Notes under the pieces: generated by a model
Databases searched by the model: none
Seen by the model: the letters and a program-made list of their open reading frames with translations, nothing else
Told to the model about the DNA's origin: nothing
Position numbers and translations under genes: made by a program
Shown: piece by piece, positions 11,896 to 21,569 of the stretch
How the letters are laid out: each line of letters begins with the position of its first letter
Position numbering within the stretch: position 1 is the stretch's first letter
Assembly: GCA_964016885.1 (NCBI GenBank)
Contig: OZ024744.1
Span: 92,690,001-92,754,000, forward strand
DNA from: Eledone cirrhosa
Lineage: Eukaryota
Direction: 5' to 3'
DNA length: 64,000 bases

Positions 11896-11897
<2 letters not shown>
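11085..11897 (+). mobile_element. Non-coding hammerhead-containing element (retrozyme-like or Penelope pLTR-like): 522 bp unit with terminal redundancy and an inverted 5' arm
   Basis: Direct repeat 11329-11374 / 11851-11896; 11085-11330 is the reverse complement of 11769-11896 continued into 11375-11491; flanked by (TA)n. Confidence 0.65.
11761..11840 (+). ncRNA. Type I hammerhead ribozyme motif, core intact
   Basis: CTTCC-CTGACGA-cGGAATG...CATTCCa-GAA-ACT(AATT)AGT-T-GGAAG; predicted cleavage after GUU at 11835. Confidence 0.75.
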
Positions 11898-11950
<53 letters not shown>

Positions 11951-12201
11951 ATATATATAAACTAATATATATATAAACTAATATATATGGTGAAACACGT
12001 CTTTGTTGATTTATTATTTTAAATCGATATGGACAAACTGTAGTATAATAATTAGTATACTTCATTCTGGCTAAATTTTCTTTTGCAATATAAATACAGA
12101 TGTGTTGGTATCTGTGTTTCACCATATATATTAGTTTATACACGGCTCAGAATTATTTCCTTCTTCGAGCTAATTCCATTGTAAAAGAATTCATTACACT
12201 T

Positions 12202-12251
<50 letters not shown>

Positions 12252-12254
<3 letters not shown>

Positions 12255-12777
12255 TGTATGTACGTATACATACTGATATTTAAGTATCAGCCGTACTAAG
12301 AGTGAGAAATGAAATTTCGTTTCAATCTTTTCCATTTATCGTTTTCGGTGCGCCCGGCTGACTAACTCACTCGATATGCAAATTAGGCTGCTCAGCCGTT
12401 AATATGCGTAAGGAAAGTATATACTTTCAGATGTTCAATCATCTGGCAGGAAGGTATATGATGCTGATGATAGCTAATAAGCTTGAAACTAGTACAGCGT
12501 TCCTGTGTCAGTGTTGAACAAAAAGGCAACGATGGTTGCCGAACACTGTATGGCGTAATTCGGGCTGTTTCTTTACAAACAAACCAAGCATTATAATAAA
12601 TGTTCGGTAAACCCATACGTACATATATATATGTGTGCATGTATGTATATATATACATACTACTGTACGTCTGTATAGATATATGTATGTACGTATACAT
12701 ACATACTTACATTTAAGTATCTTAAGTATCAACCGTACTAAGAGTAAGAAATGAAATTTTGTTTCATTCTTTTCCAT
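12252..12777 (+). mobile_element. Non-coding hammerhead-containing unit of ~442 bp with ~85 bp terminal direct repeats
   Basis: 12252-12335 is repeated with some divergence at 12681-12777; a single hammerhead lies between them; flanked by (TA)n. Confidence 0.55.
12458..12500 (+). ncRNA. Minimal type I hammerhead ribozyme motif
   Basis: ATGATG-CTGATGA-tAGCT(AATA)AGCTt-GAA-ACTAGT-A-CAGCGT; palindromic stem III; GUA cleavage after 12494. Confidence 0.7.
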
Positions 12778-12784
12778 ATATATG

Positions 12785-12819
<35 letters not shown>

Positions 12820-13170
12820 GATGACTGCAAACTCAAGTTCGAGCATTGCCATTGCCAGATAAAATGATAAAAAATGTGAGGCACGAATGTGACTCTTTAA
12901 ACAAGCCAAAGACTTGCACCCTCTGGCATACACATGGTAACTGAAGCCTCCTCTGGGACTTTCCATTGTTTGGTTCTAACTGTGTGTTCTCATATGTCTT
13001 CTAAGGCCTCCCATGCTAGCACATTCCTTGCCACATTCTTTACACCTTTTCAGATCATAATCTACATGAGGTCTGCTGATATGAATTTCTCCATGTCTAA
13101 TCAAACCAGCTTTACTCAGGCAGACTTGACCACAGTGCTGACAAACCAAATGTTGCTCAACAGCAAGCAA
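12820..13170 (-). mobile_element. 5'-truncated LINE 3' end encoding C-terminal C2H2-type zinc fingers
   Basis: CQHCGQVCLSKAGLIRHGEIH and CKECGKECASMGGLRRHMRTH. There are no TGEKP linkers, and a second copy at 10250-10435 has the same 3' boundary next to (TA)n. Confidence 0.55.
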
Positions 13171-13793
13171 TTCAGAACATTCCCTTTTCTATACATACAT
13201 ACCCCTGCTAAGAGTAAAAAATAACTCAAAGGATTATAAAATTTGACTGGAAGGCTGGCTGGCAGGCTGGGATACATTTGACCCACACATATTTATTTTC
13301 CCTGCTCTTGGTCCATGGCTGCTTATTCAACTAGTGTACCAGATTATGTTACTTATAAACAACAACAACAACAATAACAACAACATCAATACAATATCAA
13401 CAACATAAAATACACAGTATACTTTTAAGATAAGACAGTTTGAACTCAAATTTTCAAATATTCTTGTCATGACTTGAAGCAATTTTGCCTTCTTGCATGT
13501 TAAGCAATTCATCCCATTTCCATAATCAATAAACTCTGTTGGTTAATATGTCATCAACATTATATAGTCTACAGTTGTATTAATTAACTGGACTTGTATC
13601 AACTGTATCTATTCCAAATCTTTCTATCTTTAATCAGTCTGCAACAACGCAATACCCAAGTCTGATACTGCCTGCTATTTTCTACATAATTAGCTAAAAT
13701 TTTGCAGAAATTTATATTATTATAAATATTATTATTTTCAAATAAACACAATATATATATATGTGTGTTGGTGTAAATGGTAGCATATATATG

Positions 13794-13866
13794 ATGTGTT
13801 GGTGTAAATGGTAGCACAGTGGTCCCCATAACCAAAGATGTGGATTCGACCCCCATGTATGACAAT
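13794..13866 (+). pseudogene. Degenerate tRNA-like sequence or SINE head
   Basis: GGTGTAAATGGTAGCAC D-arm-like and GGATTCGACCCCC T-arm-like segments; poor acceptor stem; 5' part duplicated at 13764-13785. Confidence 0.35.
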
Positions 13867-14369
13867 ACTCATCCTTTTTCCATTTCTCCATGGGTTCTTA
13901 ACCCCACTATCAGGCTAAATAATTTCTTTAATTTCGTTAGTCAAAATACGGCGATAGCTTACATTTCTAATAATTTCAAACCCACTCGCTGTTTCAAATA
14001 TATTCTTACATATATATATATATATATAAAGTAATAATAAATATGAAGACTAAAACCCGAAGAGGGCTTGATAAGGATTATATATATAAATATATATAAA
14101 AAATCGCAGCGATTCTTTGCTTAAACTTTAATCTGTTATTTTAATAAATAAATATATACATAAAGGAAAAAGAAATTGAAAATGTAACTGGAGTGTTTTA
14201 AGAATATTTATTTATTTGCTTTACTGCTTTCACAGTTCTTATGATTTTCAAAAGTATAATTGAGGTGGAAGGTTTGTGTTTCTGTTGGTTTGTCCCTGTT
14301 TGGAACATTTCTTTTTTTTTAAAAACCTCATTTTCTTATATATACATAGTAAAGTGGTCTTGTAGGAGA

Positions 14370-15260
14370 CAAAAGGCACCCAGTCCACACTGTAAAATGG
14401 TTGTGTAGGTATCACCACAAAAACACACATTTCACACTGTAAAGTGGTTGTGTAAGTGTCACCACAAAAAGCACCCCCGTACACACTGTAAAGTGGTCAT
14501 GTAGGTATCATGACAAAAAGTACCCAGTACACACTGTAAAGTGGTCATGTAGGTGTCACGACAAAAAGTACCCAGTCCACACTGTAAAGTGGTCATGTAG
14601 GTGTCACAACAAAAAGTACCCAGTCTACACTGTAAAGTGGTCATGTAGGTGTCATGACAAAAAGCACCCAGTCTACACTGTAAAGTGGTCATGTAGGTGT
14701 CACGACAAAAAGTACCCAGTCCACACTGTAAAGTGGTCATGTAGGTGTCACGACAAAAAGTACCCAGTCCACACTGTAAAGTGGTCACGTAGGTGTCACG
14801 ACAAAAAGTACCCAGTCTACACTGTAAAGTGGTCATGTAGGTGTCACGACAAAAAGTACCCAGTCCACACTGTAAAGAGGTCACGTAGGTGTCACGACAA
14901 AAAGTACCCAGTCTACACTGTAAAGTGGTCATGTAGGTGTCACGACAAAAAGTACCCAGTCCACACTGTAAAGTGGTCATGTAGGTGTCACGACAAAAAG
15001 TACCCAGTACACACTGTAAAGTGGTCATGTAGGTGTCACGACAAAAAGTACCCAGTACACACTGTAAAGTGGTCATGTAGGTGTCACGACAAAAAGTACC
15101 CAGTACACACTGTAAAGTGGTCATGTAGGTGTCACCACAAAAAGCACACATTTCACACTGGAAAGTGGTAATATAGGTGCCACCACAAAAAGCAAACATT
15201 TCATACTGTAAAATGGTTGTGTAGGTGTCACCACAAAAAGCACCCAGTACACACTGTAAA
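14370..15260. repeat. 48-bp minisatellite, about 18-19 units, continuing into a SINE-like 3' part (15260-15425)
   Basis: Unit CACACTGTAAAGTGGTCATGTAGGTGTCACGACAAAAAGTACCCAGTC; 16-aa periodicity in ORF 14459-15199. Confidence 0.95.
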
Positions 15261-15964
15261 TGTGGTTGGCATTAGGGAGAGTATCCAGCAGTAGAAACCA
15301 AGCCAGAAACAGTTCTGTGTGAGCAAGATATGGTCACCTGACCGAACTTGCCTCAAACGAGACAACCTGTCTAACCCATGCTAGTGTGGAAAAGTAAATG
15401 TTAAACAGTGATGATGATGATAATGATATATATCATTTATGTTAGGATGTTTGCCAATGGATAGAATTGGTGGTTGCCATAAACTAATTAAAGTACTCAA
15501 CATTATGCAAATCACCTATCATAAATGTGGTATCCCGTGGCTAGTGCAGGAATGAACCAGTCCTCTATTTTCTATTTTCTATTTTCTATTTTCTATTTTC
15601 TATTTTCTATTTTTCTATCTTCTATCTTCTATTCTATGTTTGGGTTATATATAATCCTGTTACATAATTCTGCAAATAACACCTGATGAAATTGTCTAGT
15701 CTTATTTCATAACCGGATGATAGAGCTGGGCCATTGAAGTGATTTCACGGAATTAAAATTCTAAAGTAAATTTTCCAGTCCAGCCTTCTGTTGTTGTTTT
15801 AATGACTCTATATATATATCTATATATATATATATATATATCTATATCTATATCTCTCTCTCTCTATATATATATATATATAATAAAGAGGGTGTGGTAA
15901 GATACCAGGTGGACCATAATGCACCAGAGTACTCAATACTTAGGGTAGTGTTGAGAGCTAGATC

Positions 15965-16018
<54 letters not shown>

Positions 16019-16110
16019 CGAAGGAAATGTGGTAAGGAACCAGGTGGACCATTACGCACCAAAGTACTCAATACTTAGGGTAGTAGAGTGGGTAATAGGA
16101 ATGAGTAGGA

Positions 16111-16204
16111 CCCCGATGGCTGAGCTCAAGCTGTTTCGACGGCTAATTCTGGACTAAATGAACATTTTTATCCTGGTATATGAATAGCCGAGCTTCTCAG
16201 GGGG
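16111..16204 (-). ncRNA. Degenerate hammerhead-like motif
   Basis: CCCC-CTGAGAA-..CGGCTA...TAGCCG..-GAAACAGCTTGAGCTCAGCCATC-GGGG; the core lacks one base of CUGANGA. Confidence 0.4.
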
Positions 16205-16237
16205 TAATTCCATATATGGTAAAAGTGATTGTCACAA

Positions 16238-16338
<101 letters not shown>

Positions 16339-16500
16339 TAATCATTTTTTAAATGGTAATATTTGAAGCTCTACTTAAACTTTAACTAGTTACCTACCTA
16401 GCTATGTGTGATTACACACTTTACAAATTATCCCCTGTGATTGTTTCATGTGTTTATTTTAAATATATATATGTCAATGAATTTCTAGTTGATATATATA

Positions 16501-16667
16501 CATGTCAACTGAAAAGTTCATAGGCTGATTAATGCATGCATTAATTTCAAACTCTTCGTATTACTAATTGCATATTTTTCTTTCCATGGACTATGTTAAA
16601 AAATAAACCTCATTTGGTCATTCCATGAGAGTATCTTGGTCAGCCTATGAACTTTTCAGCTGAGCCA
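16501..16667. mobile_element. Mariner-like MITE
   Basis: 24-bp inverted repeats TCAACTGAAAAGTTCATAGGCTGA (16505-16528) and TCAGCCTATGAACTTTTCAGCTGA (16640-16663), with TA just outside. Confidence 0.65.
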
Positions 16668-17013
16668 TATATTAGGTGATTCAGTCGATTTGTGGTTTAA
16701 CATGTCAGAACAAAACAAGTTTTCACATTGAGTTTTGTATTGATTAGGCTCAGTTACGAATGTTTCACAGATGAATGGCTCAAGATCAAAACCAGCGAGT
16801 TTTACTTGACTAACAAGACTAATGAGCAGATAGGGGCTGGAATCGGGCCTATAACATTTATAAGGATCTTGAGCCACTCATCTATGAAACCAAAGAAACA
16901 AAGGAAGATGGCTGAAAACTGACCTCAGAATGTTAAACCTCAGAAAGGAAAAGGTATTGGAAAGAAGAAAAATGGAAGGAAGAAGCTGTACTGGGTATAA
17001 TTCATTTATTTAA

Positions 17014-17231
17014 CCCTTTAGCATTTAAACCGGCCATATCCGGACAGAATCCTCTCATATATATATCAAACCGGCTGTAATCGGCAGCTCATACTGATAT
17101 TAAATTATTGTTCTCAAAATAAATAACATCAAAATCTCATAGATTCAATATTATGTGAAATAATTATGTGAGATGAAGCCTTTACTGTGAAAATATAATA
17201 GTATATATAGAGTAATGTGAATGCTAAAGGG
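17014..17231 (+). mobile_element. piggyBac-type MITE
   Basis: TTAA|CCCTTTAGCATT...AATGCTAAAGGG|CTAA; homologous to 57884-58318. Confidence 0.8.
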
Positions 17232-17566
17232 CTAACCCATGCAAGCATGGGAACAAACTGACTTAAAAATTATAATCATGTTGATATATATATATGTGTT
17301 AGTTTATGGTTTCTATTTGTTTATGTCCAATAACTTAACTGTCCAACCAAAGGACAACAACAACAACAATAATACCACCAACACCAACATCACCACCTCT
17401 AAGAGCCCCATGGAAATGATGATTTGTTTTATTGAGCACATGGGTCCAAGACATTCGGGATAATGCAAGGGAAAAATAGATAAATTAATCAATTAATTGA
17501 AACAGCAGACACAAAATGGGGTTTACATCAAAGAAAAGAAAGGGGACTACTAAAGGGGATTATTAT

Positions 17567-17770
17567 TGGGCAGTGGGTTGGCTGTATCGGTAGAGCGTCA
17601 GGCAACATGGTTTGTGACATAGAGTTCAAATCCTGCCGAGGTTAGCTTTGCCATTCATCCTTACATGGTTGATAAAATAAAGTACCAGTAATACACCTGG
17701 GTTGATTTAATCAACTCTCCCCTCCCCCCCCCCCCCCCAAATGACTGCCCTTGTGCCTAAAGTAGAAACT
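17567..17770 (+). mobile_element. SINE family 2
   Basis: TGGCTGTATCGGTAGAGC...GAGTTCAAATCC...GATAAAATAAAGTACCAG...CCTTGTGCCTAAAGTAGAAAC. Confidence 0.85.
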
Positions 17771-17780
17771 ATTTTTATTA

Positions 17781-18601
17781 CTAGCTGGCACCATGTCATA
17801 AAAAATGACGGCTAATTGTAATATCTATACATGATATAAAAAAGAGATGTTTGTTTGTTTGTTGGTTGGTTGGTTGGTTCCTTCACGTTCACTCACACAA
17901 GTGTTACACACACACAGCTGTGATGTATCATAGAACGCTGGACTGCTATACTTTCTCCAAACCCCCCCCTTCCATCCTCAGTCATCACATAGATGTGTGT
18001 GTATGTAATAATTTTTTTTTCTAAGTGTGTCTCCTTATATATATGTATGTGTAGATTGGTGTGTGTTTGTAATTCTATTGTCTGTGTATCTTTCTAAAGA
18101 AACACACACAAACATACAAATATACACACAAATATTATATATAAATATAATTTACACAAACACACATGCACACACAGAAACATTTACACAATCATAACAG
18201 CCAATGTGTGTAGTCAATTCGCTATACATACACACACAGATGTAGCAAATGTTAGCCGCTGCTTTTTGTAGTTTGTCATCACCCCTTCCTTCCTCAGTCA
18301 ACGTAATCACCCCTTCCTTCCTCAGTTGGTGTAATCACCCCTTCCTTCCTCAGTTGGTGTAATCACCCCTTCCTTCCTCAGTCGATGTAATCACCCCTTC
18401 CTTCCTCAGTTGGTGTAATCACCCCTTCCTTCCTCAGTCGATGTAATCACCACCTCCTTCCTCAGTTGGTGTAATCACCCCTTCCTTCCTCAGTCGGTGT
18501 AATCACCCCTTCCTTCCTCAGTCGATGTAATCACCCCTTCCTTCTTCAGTCATCTCTAGTGTGTGACCGACAAATACACAAAGCTATTATATATTAGTAG
18601 A
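17781..18601 (-). mobile_element. Non-autonomous Helitron-like element carrying a 28-bp tandem array
   Basis: Minus strand begins A|TCTACTAATATATAAT and ends with a GTCAT/ATGAC hairpin then CTAG|T. Confidence 0.5.
18278..18552. repeat. 28-bp minisatellite, about 10 units
   Basis: Unit AATCACCCCTTCCTTCCTCAGTYGRTGT. Confidence 0.95.
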
Positions 18602-18609
18602 TTATTTTA

Positions 18610-18826
18610 CATGTGGATTATCACAATCAGTAGAGCATCAGACAACATGCTTAGCAGCATAGAGTTATGGCCTTTTATGTTCTGAGTTCAAATCCTGCTG
18701 AAGTTAGCTTTACCTTTTGTCCTTACGGAGTCGATAAAATAAAGAACCAGTAATGTACTGGGGTAAATTTAATTGACTCCCCCTCCAAAAAAAGAAATTA
18801 CTGGTCTTGTGCCTAAATAAGAAACC
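18610..18826 (+). mobile_element. SINE family 2
   Basis: Same core, ending TTGTGCCTAAATAAGAAAC followed by (ATT)n. Confidence 0.85.
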
Positions 18827-18949
18827 ATTATTAATATTATTATTATCATTATTATTATTTTACTTGTATTGGAAAATAAGAGCATCAGATGTCCTTGAAC
18901 AAGATGATCAAATTTAATGATAGGGAATATTTCTTTGGTAACATTGTTT

Positions 18950-20690
18950 ATAATGGATAGATTTGTGATGTGTATGGATGAAAACTGTTGGGTGAAGAAG
19001 TATCAGGTGTAACCCAGTGGAAGAAAAACCAAGGAAAGCTAATGAAGGCCAAGGAAGGCCAAGGATGGCCAAGGAGGACCAAGGAAGTCCAAGGATGGCC
19101 AAGGAAGACCAAGGAAAGGTAATGAAGGCCAATGAAGGCCAATGAAGGCCAAGGATGGCCAAAGAAGGCCAAGGAAGGCCAATGAAGTCAAATGAATGCC
19201 AAGGTAGGCCAATGGAAGCTAAGAAAGTCCAATGAAGGCAAGGATGGCAAAGAAGGTCAAAGAAGGCCAAGGATGGCCAAGGAAGGTCACAGAAGCCCAA
19301 GGATGGCCAAGGAAGGCAAATGAAGTCCAAGGAAGGCCAAAGAAGGCCAAGAAAGGCCAAGGAAGGCCAAGGAAGGTCAAGGATGGCCAAGGAAGGCAAA
19401 GGAAGGCAAAGGAAGACCAAGGATAGCCAGGGATGGCCAAGGAAGACCAAGAAAGGCAAAGAAGACCAAGGAAGACCAAGGATGGCCAATGAAGTCCAAG
19501 GAAGATTAAGGAAGGCAAGGAAGACCAAGGAAGGCTAAGGAAGTCCTAGAAAGGTAAGGAAGGCCAGGGATGGCCAATGATGGCCAAGAAAGACCAAGGA
19601 AAGCCAAGGAAGGCCAAAGAAGACCAAGGAAGACAAGGATAGCCAAGGATGGCCAAGAAAATCCAAGGAATGCCAAGGAAGGCCAACGAAGGCCAAGGAA
19701 GACCAAGGAAGCCCAAGAAAGGTGAAGGAAAGGCCAAGAAAGGCTGAGGAAGGCCAAGGAAGACCAATGAACTACAAGGAATGCCAAGGAATGCCAAGGA
19801 ATTCCAAGGAAAGCCAAGGAAGGCTAAGGATGTCCAAGGAAAGCTAAGGAAGTCCAAGGAAGGCCAAAAATGGCCAAAAAAAACAAGGAAGGTCAAGGAA
19901 GGCCAAGGAATGGCAAACAAGGCATGGAAAATCAAAGAAGGCCAAGGATGGCCGAGAAAGACCAAGGAAGGAAAAGGAGGCCAAGGATGGCCAAGAAAGT
20001 CCAAGGAAGGCCAAGGATAGCCAAGGAAGGTAGGAAGGCCAAGGAAGACCAAGGTAGGTCGAAGAAGGTCAAGAAAGGCCAAGGAAGACCAAGGAAGGCT
20101 AGGGATGGCCAATGATGGACAAGGAAGATCAAGGATGCCAAGGAAGACCAAGGAAGACCAAGGAAGGCTAAGAATGGCCAATGAAGGCAAATGAAGTCCA
20201 AGGAATGCCAAGGAAGGCCAAGGAAGGCCAAGGAAAGATAAGGATGGCCAAGGAAGACTAAGGATGGCCAAGTAAGTCCTAGGAAGGTAAGGAATGACAT
20301 GGAAGGCCAAGGAAGACCAAGGAAGGCTAAGGAAGTCCAAGGAAGGCAAGGAAGGCAATGGAAGTCCAAAGATGGCCAAGGAAGGCCAAGGCGGTGGTGA
20401 AAGTGGATCTCAAAGAAGGCCAAGAAAGTTCAAGGAAGTCCTAATGAAGGTCAAGGATGGCCAAGGGAGACCAATGAAGGCCAATGAAAGCCAAGCAATG
20501 CCAAGGAAGGCTAAGGAAGGCTTGGGCTTGGGCTGAGGTGGTGAAAGTGGATCTAAAAAAATGCTGAACATGACAATGATGATGAGAAAGGAATGAGACA
20601 TGTGTGTAGGTTAGGGAAACTGTGCTGTGCTGAAAAAAACCTGTCCAACCCATGCTAGCTTGGAACAGTGGACGTAAATGAATGATGATC
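18950..20690 (+). mobile_element. RTE LINE 3' fragment split by an internal 10-bp satellite expansion
   Basis: The left flank reads VMCMDENCWVKK; the right flank reads WAEVVKVDLK and ends with an RTE-type tail CCCATGCTAGCTTGGAACAGTGGACGTAAATGAATGATG. Confidence 0.75.
19028..20521. repeat. Degenerate 10-bp tandem repeat (CCAAGGAAGG)n, about 150 units
   Basis: Directly visible periodicity. Confidence 0.95.
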
Positions 20691-20836
20691 ATGGTGGTGG
20701 TGGTGGTGGGTGTGGTGGTGGCGGTGGTAGCTGCGGTGATGATGGCAATGATGATGGTGATGATGACAGTGATGGTGATGGTGATGATGATGATGATAAT
20801 GGCGGAGATTATGCTGCTGATGATGATAATAATAAC

Positions 20837-21010
20837 TGTTTCTACTTTTGACACAGGGCCAGCAAATCCCCTAGTGTATTACTGGTACTTTTTTTATCGA
20901 CCCCGTAAGGATGAAAGGCAAAGTTAACCTCGGCGGGATTTGAACTCAGATCGTAAAGGGACGTAACTATGCTGGAAAGCATGGCGTCCGACCCTCTACC
21001 GATACTGCCA
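20837..21010 (-). mobile_element. SINE family 2
   Basis: Near-identical to 3143-3323. Confidence 0.9.
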
Positions 21011-21569
21011 AAATAATGCTATGATGACATCAAAGATTAAGATGATTATGATGATGATGCTGTTGATGATGACAACGAAGATTAAGATTATGATGACGAC
21101 GACAACGACAACTACAATGAGGAAAATGATGATGATGATTAATTTCTATAACATTTTACAAAACTTTTATATAATTTTCTTTATTATTGTCATTATTTTA
21201 AATATTTTCTGCTGTGTTGTTTAATTATTTCTTGTTTTTTATCTTCTTCCCCCATTCACCTCTCTCCCTCTCTCCCTCTCACCTCACAACTCCTTCCCTG
21301 TCTCCTCTCTCTCTCTCTCCCTCTCTCTCCTACTCCAACCTAGCAACACCCGCGCCCCTCCCCCTCTCTCTCTCCCACTTTCCCCTCTCACCTCTCTCCC
21401 TCTCACCTCCCAACTCCCCCAACCCTCCCCATCTTCCTCTCTCCCACTCCCACATCCTCTCCCCATTCTCCCCCTCTCTGTCTACTCATCAAGTCTTATC
21501 TTTTAAGCAATTCCATGTTTGTTAATTTATCGATTTCTTTATTTCTTTATTTGTTTGTTTGTTTGTTTA

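Noticed and set aside
12385-12393. Octamer motif ATGCAAAT
   Set aside because: A single 8-mer inside a repeat unit with no associated snRNA gene or promoter; expected by chance.
12976-13170. C2H2 zinc-finger ORF as a host gene (cephalopods have expanded C2H2 families)
   Set aside because: No TGEKP linkers, frame disruption, and a second copy at 10250-10435 with the same 3' boundary; a LINE C-terminus fits better.
14370-15260. CRISPR-like array or Cys-rich repeat protein
   Set aside because: Head-to-tail units without unique spacers, eukaryotic context, and derivation from a SINE.
18914-20854. Leu/Pro/Trp-rich and Lys/Arg/Gly-rich ORFs
   Set aside because: Translations of the 10-bp repeat.
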